Below, one piece after another: positions 29,082 through 38,418 of a stretch of DNA of 64,000 nucleotides; the first letter of the stretch is position 1, and each line of letters starts with the position of its first letter. Origin of the DNA: Rhodoluna sp. (lineage in GTDB: Bacteria; Actinomycetota; Actinomycetes; Actinomycetales; Microbacteriaceae); the NCBI GenBank assembly GCA_044338605.1, contig JBIIXB010000001.1, forward strand, positions 50,205 through 114,204. The letters run 5' to 3'. The notes under the pieces were generated by a model. That model saw nothing but the letters and a program-made list of their open reading frames with translations, did no database searches and had not been told where the DNA came from. The position numbers and the translations under genes are program-made.

Positions 29082-30434
29082 ATGAGTAAGTCACTGGAGC
29101 AACTGCAGAAAGAACTCAGAGTCGCCAAGATCGATGTGCTGAGGGTTGTATACCTGGACATCATCGGATTAGTCCGAGCCAAGGACATATTGGTTTCCCA
29201 ACTGGACCAGATTTCCCACGGTGGCCCAGCTTTCTGTCAGGGTATCTGGGTTACCACAACAGGTGGTGATGTTTTAGATGCGCAAAACATAATTACTGAC
29301 GGACTGCAAGACTTCATTTCTCAGATCGTTCCAGAATCTTGGCGAGAGCTTCCTTGGGAACCAGGCGTGGCTTATGTGGTCGCGGGAGCAAACAATCCAG
29401 ACGGATCAAAGAACCTTTTGTCACCGAGAAACATCCTCGAACTCATGGTCCAGAAATATCAAGATCTCGGGCTCAACCCCATAGTCGGTCCGGAACTGGA
29501 GTTCTACATCGCTGAGAAGGATGAAAACGGCAAATACAAAAGAGCTATTGAGCGAACAGGTCAGGCTTACACCACGGGTTCTGTTACAGACCCGAAGGGA
29601 ACCTTTCTGCACCTCTTGAGAATGCTTGATCAGATGAACATCGGAATCTTTGCTGGTAATCACGAATTCAGTCCAAGCCAATATGAAATTAACTTCTGGC
29701 ACGGACCTGCTCTTGATGCTGCTGATAGAACACTGCTAATGAAAACCGCAATCAAGGAAGTTGTTGCTCGCGCAGGTCAGCACGCAACTTTCTGCGGTAA
29801 GCCTTGGAGCGATGAGGGAGGAAGTGGTTTCCACCTTCACTTCTCAGTCGAAGACCTAAAGGGCAAGAACGTCATGCACGATGGCGGTGAGCAGTTGAGC
29901 GCTGTTGGCAAGAGCATGATTGCCGGAATCCTAAAACACGCTCACGCCCTGACTGCAATTTGCAACCCAACAATCAATGCGTTCAAGCGCCTGGGTCCCG
30001 ACACATTGGCTCCCTACCGGGCCAATTGGGGCCTCGACAACCGTTCAGCCATGATTCGAATCCCGCCTGAGCGAGGATCTGGAACCAGGCTTGAAGTAAG
30101 AGTTGCCGATGGTGCCGCAAATCCCTATTTGATGACAGCTGCAATTCTGGCTGCTGGTCTTGATGGAATCCTAAACAAGCTAGAAGCACCTGAGCCAGTT
30201 GTCGGTATGTCTTACGATAACGAGTCAGCACCAGTTCTTCCGATGAGCCTGGAAGAAGCTCTTGATGCTTTGCAGGAAGACACTGTCCTAAGAGACATAC
30301 TTCAAGGACCAATTGTCGAAGTGTTTGATGTTCTAAAGCGAGACGAAGTCCGTCGCTACAAGGAAGCCGTTTCGGATCCAAACACCCGAGAGACTACCGA
30401 TTGGGAAGTCAAAGAGTACATGTCTGATTTATAA
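29082..30434 (+). CDS. Glutamine-synthetase-like gamma-glutamyl-amine ligase
   Basis: GPELEFY, HEFSPSQYE, GSGFHLHFS, NRSAMIRIP, DGAANPYL; FDGSS of true GS replaced by FCQGI. Confidence 0.88.
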   Translation: MSKSLEQLQKELRVAKIDVLRVVYLDIIGLVRAKDILVSQLDQISHGGPAFCQGIWVTTTGGDVLDAQNIITDGLQDFISQIVPESWRELPWEPGVAYVVAGANNPDGSKNLLSPRNILELMVQKYQDLGLNPIVGPELEFYIAEKDENGKYKRAIERTGQAYTTGSVTDPKGTFLHLLRMLDQMNIGIFAGNHEFSPSQYEINFWHGPALDAADRTLLMKTAIKEVVARAGQHATFCGKPWSDEGGSGFHLHFSVEDLKGKNVMHDGGEQLSAVGKSMIAGILKHAHALTAICNPTINAFKRLGPDTLAPYRANWGLDNRSAMIRIPPERGSGTRLEVRVADGAANPYLMTAAILAAGLDGILNKLEAPEPVVGMSYDNESAPVLPMSLEEALDALQEDTVLRDILQGPIVEVFDVLKRDEVRRYKEAVSDPNTRETTDWEVKEYMSDL

Positions 30435-30446
30435 AGTAAAAAAACT

Positions 30447-31259
30447 TTAGACGGTTGGATCAGAAAAGTCCGCTACAAGGTTTCCACCTGCGAACGTAAC
30501 TCCAAGTTCGCGGTAGTAACCACCAAGGATTTTCTGAACTGGAAGAATTGAACCTAGTTCATCCCATTGTGAATCTCCGAGGATAAGTTCAGCATCGCCA
30601 CTCCAAGTGGCACCAATCTCGGCATCTGTGGAGCCAAGAGAAACTAGTTGATCCAAAGAGTTTCCTTTTCCAGGAGTAATTGACGGCATCCAGCGGCTGT
30701 GAAGCATCTTGTGACCGTTTACGAAGCCATTACTGTCAGACTCCTGTCGCAAAGTAACAATCGCGCTTGCAAGTCTGTGATCGTAAGCGGCAACGCTAGC
30801 TCCAAGTTTTGCGCCAGGCTCAAGTTTCGGTGTTGCCTTGCCGTTATTGAAAACTCTCGTGACAGCGATGTTTCCAAGTTTTTTAGGGTAACCCTGGAAC
30901 CAACCTCTGGCAATTGCAAAGTCTTTAGTTACCCAGATTGCAACACAACGAGAATAGGTAACGTCCTGGTACTTACAACGAATTACAACAAATGTTTCTA
31001 GATACTGTGATCGAACTGGATCTAACAGTTCAGCCTTGGAAGTTGAACAGGACTGCCAATCAGCCCAAATGATTGCAACTGCACCGGGTTGCTCGTCTGC
31101 TATCTCGACACCTTCTGGAAGAAGAGCGGCAACATTTTTCGGGTCGGTTAGGTACTCGACGGTAAGTAGGGTGCCCGAGTACAGCCAAGGCATCTCGGGA
31201 ATAATGGCACTTTTTCCACTTGGGGTTTTGGGTGCTAGAAAACCTTTTAGTTCACTCAT
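30447..31259 (-). CDS. Acetoacetate-decarboxylase-like superfamily protein
   Basis: PWLYSG, QYLE, ARGWFQGYPKKLG (Schiff-base Lys). Confidence 0.85.
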   Translation of the reverse strand: MSELKGFLAPKTPSGKSAIIPEMPWLYSGTLLTVEYLTDPKNVAALLPEGVEIADEQPGAVAIIWADWQSCSTSKAELLDPVRSQYLETFVVIRCKYQDVTYSRCVAIWVTKDFAIARGWFQGYPKKLGNIAVTRVFNNGKATPKLEPGAKLGASVAAYDHRLASAIVTLRQESDSNGFVNGHKMLHSRWMPSITPGKGNSLDQLVSLGSTDAEIGATWSGDAELILGDSQWDELGSILPVQKILGGYYRELGVTFAGGNLVADFSDPTV

Positions 31260-31373
31260 GGACACTAGGGTACAGAGTCATTCGGGCACAAACGAGCCAT
31301 TTTTACAATTTTTCGACAAAATTTGTAGGACTAAGAACTTGACCAAAGTCCCGATTAGGGCAAGATTAGTCAT

Positions 31374-31393
31374 ATCGTTTTGATACGAACGAT
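31374..31393. promoter_or_regulatory. Putative MarR operator 4 (ATCGTTTTGATACGAACGAT)
   Basis: Just downstream of a TTGACC-N16-CAAGAT promoter-like element, upstream of the permease. Confidence 0.65.
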
Positions 31394-31425
31394 TCACCAT
31401 TCAATGAGGAAGGGGGCCATAACAA

Positions 31426-32913
31426 ATGGCCAAAGGATCAAACAAGTCCCTCAGCAAGGGGCGACTCGGTGTCGTTGGCATCGTGTTTTTTGTAGTCGCA
31501 GCTAGCGCTCCACTGGTCGGTATGACCGGGGCTGTGCCAGTAGCGATGCTTCTAGGAAACGGCGCTGCAACACCGGGTGCCTATCTAGCAGTAGGACTAA
31601 CACTTTTAGTCTTCTCAGTCGGTTATGCAGCTATGAGCAGCAAGGTAACTAATGCTGGAGCATTTTTTGCTTTTGTTGGAAAAGGACTCGGGCCTAAAGC
31701 CGGAGTTGCATCTGCCTATGCATCGATTATTGGGTACGTCACAATTCAATTAGCTATTTATGGCTTCTTTGGTTTGGTGATTTCACTCACTGCAGCCGGA
31801 TTTGGCCTCAGCCTCCCCTGGTGGGCATGGGCACTTATCGCTTGGGTTGTCGTAACGCTACTTTCGCTACTAAGTGTTGATATTGGAGCAAAAGTCCTAG
31901 GTGTTCTTCTGAGCGTCGAGCTACTTGCACTAATCATCACTGCGGTTGCAATTTTGGTAAACGGTGGACCAGAACCAATGGATATCAACGCTTCGTTTAA
32001 CCCAGCGCTGGTGTTTGCTGGTGGTTTTGCAGGAACCGCGGGAATCGCACTAGCGTTCGCTTTTGCATCCTTTATCGGTTTCGAAGCAACAGCAATTTAC
32101 GGTGAGGAATCTAAAGATCCAAAGCGTGACGTTCCAAGAGCAACCTATTGGGCTATTGGAATCATTGCAGCACTATTCGCAGTAGTTTCATTTGCAATGG
32201 TGGTTGGTATGGGAAGCAGCCAGTTGATAGATCAGGTTGTTGAGCGCTCATCTGTCCTAGCGGATCCAGCCGCAGTCCTATTCAGCCTCGCGGCAGAATA
32301 TGTCTCGCCAGAGATCGTGACAATCATGGCCCTGTTGGTTGTGACGAGCCTGTTTGCTGGATTGCTTGCATTCCAGAACGCGGCAGCTCGTTACTTCTTT
32401 GCCATGGGTAGAGGTGGCGTTATGCCTTCTATGCTGGGCGAGACAAACAAGGTTGGTGCTCCACAAAACGGTGCACTTCTAACCTCCATAATTGCGGGTG
32501 CGGTAATTGTGCTCTTTGCAGCTGCAGGACTAGACCCATTCCTTAACTTGTTCAGCTGGATGAGCGGTATCGCCGTTATTGCAGTTGTTGCGGTTGAGGT
32601 ATTGGTCTCGATTGCTGTAATTGCTTACTTCAATAAAGCAGGCGGAGGAACTCTTTGGAATTCAAAGATTGCTCCTGCCGCATCAGTTGTTTTGATGCTT
32701 GCTGGTTTGTACCTACTAATGTCTAGGTTCAACTTGCTAGCCGGAACATCTGCTGATGGGGTAGACCCATCGCTACCTGAATCAGCCTGGGCTCTCTCTG
32801 GCCTTGGTTGGTTCTTTGTACTGCTTCCATTCCTAGCGATGATCGTTGGGTATGTTGTTGCAGGAACAAGAAAAAACAAGAACGATGCCCTAGTTCGGGA
32901 CTTCGCTTCTTAG
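31426..32913 (+). CDS. APC-family amino acid/amine permease
   Basis: About 12 TM segments; VVAASAPL, AGAFFAF, FIGFEATAIYGEE. Confidence 0.92.
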   Translation: MAKGSNKSLSKGRLGVVGIVFFVVAASAPLVGMTGAVPVAMLLGNGAATPGAYLAVGLTLLVFSVGYAAMSSKVTNAGAFFAFVGKGLGPKAGVASAYASIIGYVTIQLAIYGFFGLVISLTAAGFGLSLPWWAWALIAWVVVTLLSLLSVDIGAKVLGVLLSVELLALIITAVAILVNGGPEPMDINASFNPALVFAGGFAGTAGIALAFAFASFIGFEATAIYGEESKDPKRDVPRATYWAIGIIAALFAVVSFAMVVGMGSSQLIDQVVERSSVLADPAAVLFSLAAEYVSPEIVTIMALLVVTSLFAGLLAFQNAAARYFFAMGRGGVMPSMLGETNKVGAPQNGALLTSIIAGAVIVLFAAAGLDPFLNLFSWMSGIAVIAVVAVEVLVSIAVIAYFNKAGGGTLWNSKIAPAASVVLMLAGLYLLMSRFNLLAGTSADGVDPSLPESAWALSGLGWFFVLLPFLAMIVGYVVAGTRKNKNDALVRDFAS

Positions 32914-32933
32914 AAAAGCACTCATTGGGTTAG

Positions 32934-33233
32934 GTGGCCAAGGAATATCCTTGGCCACCTCCCCCTGGGAATAAGGCGATGATCATGGATCAAGACTTCG
33001 ATGTCGATGTGACCTTCGAAGAGAGCGCTAATGAAAGCCTCATTGGCAGTCTCAGTAAAGCGGACCTAAAGAAAAAATGTGACTCCTTACCGCATGAATT
33101 GGTTGAAGCGGCAACGGCAATTTTGGTGGATAAGAGAACTTATTCAGATGTCTCACAAGCGCTAGGAATTCGCCAGCCAGAACTGGTGCGCGCCATACAT
33201 CGTGCCAAGTTGATCATTTCTGGAGATAAATAG
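32934..33233 (+). CDS. Small protein with sigma-70 region-4-like HTH
   Basis: LPHELVEAATAILVDKRTYSDVSQALGIRQPELVRAIHRAK resembles the ECF sigma region-4 pattern. Confidence 0.5.
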   Translation: MAKEYPWPPPPGNKAMIMDQDFDVDVTFEESANESLIGSLSKADLKKKCDSLPHELVEAATAILVDKRTYSDVSQALGIRQPELVRAIHRAKLIISGDK

Positions 33234-33236
33234 AGC

Positions 33237-34595
33237 TTGAGTTACACGCTAATAAACCCATCAACCGAAGAGTCAATGGAAACCATTGAGCACCTCGATG
33301 TTGGCCAAACGGACGAAGCGATAAATAAAGCGGTAAAAGCTCAGGAGAAGTGGGCGGCTCTTGCGCCAAGCGATCGTGCAACGTTGCTCAGGAGATTTGC
33401 TCTGGCAGTTGATGCCGACAACGAAAACCTAGCCCAGCTAGAGGTTAGAAATTCTGGGCACCCAATCGACCAAGCACGGTACGAGGCCAATAACGTTCGA
33501 GACGTTTTGCATTATTACGCCGGAGCCCCTGAGAGGCTCATTGGTAAACAAATCCCGGTCGCAGGGGGGATTGCAGTTACATTCCATGAGCCAATAGGCG
33601 TTGTGGGAATGATTACCCCTTGGAACTATCCAATGCCCATTGCAGGCTGGGGGATGGCACCTGCTTTGGCTGCTGGAAATGCTGTTGTTCTAAAACCTGC
33701 TGAGTGGACACCACTTACTTCAATCCGCTTAGCCGAGCTAGCACTAGAAGCAGGATTACCAGAGAACTTATTTCAGGTGCTTAACGGAAAAGGAACTGTT
33801 GTTGGAGATCGCCTAGTCACCAACGAAAAAGTAGGGAAAATTGTTTTCACTGGTTCCACGGCAGTTGGAAAACACATCATGCGCGGTGCCGCCGATCAAA
33901 TCAAACGCGTAACTCTAGAACTCGGTGGCAAAAGCGCCAACATTATCTTTGAAGATGCCGATATCGAGAAGGCCGCAAGAAGTGCCCCCTACGCGGTCTT
34001 TGAAAATGCCGGTCAGGACTGCTGCGCACGTTCAAGAATTTTGGTGCAAAAATCTGTATTCGAAAAATTTATGGAAGCCTTAGAACCAGTAGTAAAGGCG
34101 GTCAAGGTCGGTGACCCTTCCCTAAGCGGGACTGAGGTTGGTCCTTTGGTGAGTAAACAACACCGCGAAAATGTGAGCAGTTTTCTAGAAGGTGCTGATG
34201 TTGCGTTTCGAGGAAGTGCCCCCACTGGCAAAGGTTTTTGGTTTGCTCCAACAGTCGTGCTCGCTAAGAGCCCAACGGATAAATGCATGGCGGAAGAGAT
34301 TTTTGGGCCGGTGGTTACTGTTTACCCTTTCGAAACAGAACAGGAAGCTATTGAGCTGGCAAATGGAACAGAGTACGGTCTTTCTGGATCGATTTGGACT
34401 CGCGATTTAGGTCGGGGAATTCGGGTTTCGAGGGAAGTTCAAAGCGGCAACCTTTCAGTGAACTCTCATTCATCTCTTAGGTACCACACCCCATTCGGGG
34501 GAATGAAGCAGTCAGGCATGGGACGCGAGCTAGGCCCAGATGCCCCGCTTCACTTCACTGAAGAAAAGGTTGTTTTCTTCAATCAAGATAACTAG
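33237..34595 (+). CDS. Aldehyde dehydrogenase
   Basis: ITPWNYP, LELGGKS, GQDCCA, EEIFGPV, PFGGMKQSG. Confidence 0.92.
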   Translation: MSYTLINPSTEESMETIEHLDVGQTDEAINKAVKAQEKWAALAPSDRATLLRRFALAVDADNENLAQLEVRNSGHPIDQARYEANNVRDVLHYYAGAPERLIGKQIPVAGGIAVTFHEPIGVVGMITPWNYPMPIAGWGMAPALAAGNAVVLKPAEWTPLTSIRLAELALEAGLPENLFQVLNGKGTVVGDRLVTNEKVGKIVFTGSTAVGKHIMRGAADQIKRVTLELGGKSANIIFEDADIEKAARSAPYAVFENAGQDCCARSRILVQKSVFEKFMEALEPVVKAVKVGDPSLSGTEVGPLVSKQHRENVSSFLEGADVAFRGSAPTGKGFWFAPTVVLAKSPTDKCMAEEIFGPVVTVYPFETEQEAIELANGTEYGLSGSIWTRDLGRGIRVSREVQSGNLSVNSHSSLRYHTPFGGMKQSGMGRELGPDAPLHFTEEKVVFFNQDN

Positions 34596-35476
34596 CGACT
34601 GAGGAATCCGCTCGCTAGCTCCAAAACAGTTAGCGCACCTAGGCGAACAGTTCTACCATCAGCACTATCTGCCATTGCGTCGATCTCAGTGATGTCGACA
34701 GATTTCACTTGCTTTGCTTTTCCAATTTGAAAAGCGAACTGCCTTAGCTCATCTGCTGAAATTCCACCTGGGGCTGCAGCTGGGCAAGCAGGAACAAAAG
34801 ACCGATCACAAACATCCATGTCTATATCCACATGCAATTTCTTGTCTCCAAGAAAATCAAGCGCTTCGCTAAAGACGCTTTCAACGGATCTGTTTCTTAG
34901 AGCAGATCTTGGAATTACATGAATTCCAAAATCTTTCGCCCGTTTGGCATAATCCGCAGAATTAGAAAAATCATTTATCCCAATTTGAACAACACTTGAT
35001 CCCGGCAAACCTGCTTCAATCAATCTTCTAACCGGTGAACCGTTTGATACACCGTCTCGTAAATCGTGATGGGCATCGAGAGTAATCAGTCCCGCAGAAG
35101 AAAGATCTTCACCAAAAACTCCACTCATCACGGCATAGGTAATTGAGTTATCGCCACCGAGTGCAATTGATAAATCTGTTTGATTGGAAACCTTGTTTGC
35201 GAGAGCTTTGGTTCTTTCTTCGCCGTCTTTTGAATCTGGAGTTTCTGAGTCGCCAAAATCTATAAAACCAAGCTGTCTTAGATCTTGGTTTTGACTGTGG
35301 CTAAAAGTTGAGTACCTAGCTAGCGCGACTCGAATTTCCGCTGGGGTGGCATTGGCTCCGGTAGCAGAAATGGATGTCTCGGATGCTAGAACCCCAAATA
35401 GTCCAATCTCAGCCTTCTCAGAGCCAGCTGGCTGTAGCCAGCTAGAGGCTCTTGGCCAGAGCGGATCTTCGGCCAT
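34592..35476 (-). CDS. hutG: Formimidoylglutamase (arginase family)
   Basis: Start at MAEDPLWPRA; GGDNSIT, DAHHDLR, DIDMDV; hut context. Confidence 0.85.
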   Translation of the reverse strand: MAEDPLWPRASSWLQPAGSEKAEIGLFGVLASETSISATGANATPAEIRVALARYSTFSHSQNQDLRQLGFIDFGDSETPDSKDGEERTKALANKVSNQTDLSIALGGDNSITYAVMSGVFGEDLSSAGLITLDAHHDLRDGVSNGSPVRRLIEAGLPGSSVVQIGINDFSNSADYAKRAKDFGIHVIPRSALRNRSVESVFSEALDFLGDKKLHVDIDMDVCDRSFVPACPAAAPGGISADELRQFAFQIGKAKQVKSVDITEIDAMADSADGRTVRLGALTVLELASGFLSR

Positions 35477-35570
35477 TTCCGCTCCAATCCAGACTGGGTA
35501 ATTCTCGAATTGATTTGAGATTACCCTGTTATCAGGCACAAGAAAACATCAAAGTTGATGGAGGAAATAA

Positions 35571-37235
35571 ATGACCCAGAGCACCCGAGGCGCACTTCAC
35601 GCAGCCACCGGCTCAACCATGACCGCCAAAGGCTGGGGTCAAGAAGCAGCTATTCGCATGCTTCACAACAACTTAGATCCAGCTGTTGCTGAGTATCCTG
35701 AAGAACTAATTGTTTATGGCGGTAGCGGTAAAGCTGCTCGGAACTGGGCCAGCTTTGATTCGATTGTTAAGACTCTCACCAACTTAGAAAACGACGAGAC
35801 CATGCTGGTCCAGTCCGGAAAACCAGTTGGTGTTTTCAGAACTCACGAGTGGGCACCAAGAGTATTGCTTGCAAACTCCAACTTGGTTGGTGACTGGGCT
35901 AACTGGCCAGAGTTCAGACGTCTTGAGCATCTAGGTCTAACAATGTATGGACAGATGACCGCGGGTTCTTGGATTTATATCGGAACCCAGGGAATATTGC
36001 AGGGAACCTATGAGACCTTTGCAGCGGTTGCTGCAAAAAGATTTAGTGGAACTCTTGCCGGAACACTTACTTTGACTGGTGGTTGTGGCGGTATGGGTGG
36101 AGCACAGCCACTTGCTGTGACTATGAACGAAGGAACTTGCCTAATTGTTGACGTTGACGAATCACGTCTTCGCAGAAGAATTCAAGATCGCTACCTAGAT
36201 GAGCTTGCAGATAACTTGGACGATGCCATCGAACGAGTAGTTCGATACAAATCTGAAAAGAAAGCTATTTCGGTTGGACTAGCAGGCAACGCAGCAACTA
36301 TCTTTGCTGAGCTTCTAAAGCGCGATGTTCCAATCGATATAGTGACAGATCAAACTTCCGCTCACGATCCTCTTTATTACATTCCTGAGGGAATCAGCGT
36401 TGAAGAATCCCGTGCCTATGCGGAACGTAGCCCTGAGGAATTTACTCAGCGTGCTGAGGCGTCTATGGCTAAGCACGTAGAAGCCATGGTTGGCTTTATG
36501 ACCAAGGGAGCCGAAGTGTTTGACTACGGAAACTCCATTAGAGACGAAGCTAGAAAAGGTGGTTACTCAAGCGCCTTCAAGTTCCCTGGTTTCATCCCCG
36601 CATACATCCGCCCACTGTTCTGCGAAGGCAAGGGACCGTTTAGATGGGTGGCGCTTTCTGGAGACAAGAAAGACATCTACCGAACCGACCAGGCCATCTT
36701 GGAGCTGTTCCCAGAAAACGACCACTTACACCGCTGGATCAAGATGGCTCAAGATCGCGTTCAGTTCCAAGGTCTCCCTGCAAGAATTTGCTGGCTCGGC
36801 TACGGCGAAAGAGATAAAGCTGGAGCTGTTTTCAATGACCTAGTCAAAAAGGGTGAAGTTTCTGCTCCGATTGTTATCGGTCGCGATCATTTGGACTGTG
36901 GGTCGGTTGCAAGCCCATACCGTGAGTCAGAAGCGATGCTAGATGGCTCTGACGCAATTGCTGACTGGCCATTACTAAATGCAATGATCAACATTGCTTC
37001 CGGTGCCTCATGGGTTTCAATTCACCATGGTGGTGGCGTTGGAATTGGAAGATCAATTCATGCCGGACAAGTTTCTGTTGCCGACGGTACAGATCTTGCC
37101 GCTGAAAAACTAAATCGTGTTTTGACTAACGACCCAGGCATGGGTGTCATTAGACATGCCGATGCCGGTTACCCAGAAGCACAAGGCGTGGCAAGGGCAA
37201 AGCACGTACACGTGCCAATGCTTGATACCGAATAG
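35571..37235 (+). CDS. hutU: Urocanate hydratase
   Basis: [45 protein letters not shown]. Confidence 0.98.
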   Translation: MTQSTRGALHAATGSTMTAKGWGQEAAIRMLHNNLDPAVAEYPEELIVYGGSGKAARNWASFDSIVKTLTNLENDETMLVQSGKPVGVFRTHEWAPRVLLANSNLVGDWANWPEFRRLEHLGLTMYGQMTAGSWIYIGTQGILQGTYETFAAVAAKRFSGTLAGTLTLTGGCGGMGGAQPLAVTMNEGTCLIVDVDESRLRRRIQDRYLDELADNLDDAIERVVRYKSEKKAISVGLAGNAATIFAELLKRDVPIDIVTDQTSAHDPLYYIPEGISVEESRAYAERSPEEFTQRAEASMAKHVEAMVGFMTKGAEVFDYGNSIRDEARKGGYSSAFKFPGFIPAYIRPLFCEGKGPFRWVALSGDKKDIYRTDQAILELFPENDHLHRWIKMAQDRVQFQGLPARICWLGYGERDKAGAVFNDLVKKGEVSAPIVIGRDHLDCGSVASPYRESEAMLDGSDAIADWPLLNAMINIASGASWVSIHHGGGVGIGRSIHAGQVSVADGTDLAAEKLNRVLTNDPGMGVIRHADAGYPEAQGVARAKHVHVPMLDTE

Positions 37236-37239
37236 CTAA

Positions 37240-38418
37240 ATGTCGATTGCAATAACAAACATTGGCTCTTTGGTCACTAACGATCAAAGTCTCGGGTCAG
37301 GCATCCTCGGAGAAATCTCGAATGCTTCGTTGGTTATTGAAAATGGCAAAATTGCTTGGGTGGGAAATGCCAATCAAGCTCCTGATACCGACCAGCAAAT
37401 TGACGCAGAAGGCAAAGCTGTGATTCCAGGTTTTGTTGATTCTCATGCGCACCTTTTGTTCGCGGGTGAGCGCTCTGCAGAATTCCAAGCTCGCATGAAA
37501 GGCGAGAAGTATTCCGCTGGCGGAATCAAATCCACCGTTGTCGCTACCCGTGCAGCCACTGATGTTGACCTAGAGCAAAACATGATCCGACTGGTTCGTG
37601 AAATGCAGCGCTCTGGAATTACAACCTTCGAAACCAAATCTGGTTACGGGCTCACTACTGAAGATGAAACAAGAGAACTTGAAATTGCTTCCAAGCACAC
37701 CAGTGAAACTACTTTCCTTGGAGCACACGTAGTCCCAAGCGAGTATGCCGGCAAGGAAGACAAGTATGTCGAGCTTGTAACTGGGGAGATGCTTGATTCA
37801 GTTTTGCCGTATGCCAAGTGGATTGACGTGTTTTGTGATCAGGGAGCATTTGATGTTTATCAAGCCAGGCAGATTTTGCAGGCAGGCATTGATAAAGGCC
37901 TTTTGCCTCGCATCCACGCCAATCAACTAACCCAAGGCGGAGGAGTTCGCCTGGCTGTCGAGCTAGATTGTGCATCGGCTGATCACTGCACACATTTGTC
38001 AGATAAAGACATTGAGTGCCTTGCAGGATCAAATACTGTTGCCACCTTGGTTCCAGGAGCAGAGTTTTCAACTAGAGCGACTTACCCAAACGCAGCAAGA
38101 TTGTTTGACGCCGGCGTGAATGTTGCTATAGCTACCGATTGCAATCCTGGCTCTAGTTACACAACCTCCATGCCTTTTTGTATTGCGTTAGCAATTAGAG
38201 AAATGGGCTTTAGCCCAGAGCAGGCCTTATGGTCGGCAACTATGGGTGGGGCTAAAGCGCTGCGCAGAACAGACCTAGGATCTCTTGCTGTTGGCCAAAG
38301 TGCAGACCTAGTGATTCTGAATGCACCAAGTTACCTGCACCTTGGCTACAGACCGGGTGTTGATCTAGTAAGTGAAGTCTTCAAATCAGGTAAATCTATC
38401 TATCAGGAGAAAAAGTGA
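37240..38418 (+). CDS. hutI: Imidazolonepropionase
   Basis: PGFVDSHAH, ETKSGYGL, HANQL, ATDCNPGSS. Confidence 0.95.
   Translation: MSIAITNIGSLVTNDQSLGSGILGEISNASLVIENGKIAWVGNANQAPDTDQQIDAEGKAVIPGFVDSHAHLLFAGERSAEFQARMKGEKYSAGGIKSTVVATRAATDVDLEQNMIRLVREMQRSGITTFETKSGYGLTTEDETRELEIASKHTSETTFLGAHVVPSEYAGKEDKYVELVTGEMLDSVLPYAKWIDVFCDQGAFDVYQARQILQAGIDKGLLPRIHANQLTQGGGVRLAVELDCASADHCTHLSDKDIECLAGSNTVATLVPGAEFSTRATYPNAARLFDAGVNVAIATDCNPGSSYTTSMPFCIALAIREMGFSPEQALWSATMGGAKALRRTDLGSLAVGQSADLVILNAPSYLHLGYRPGVDLVSEVFKSGKSIYQEKK

Noticed and set aside
29082-30434. Calling this gene glnA
   Set aside because: Lacks the FDGSS motif and sits in a catabolic context
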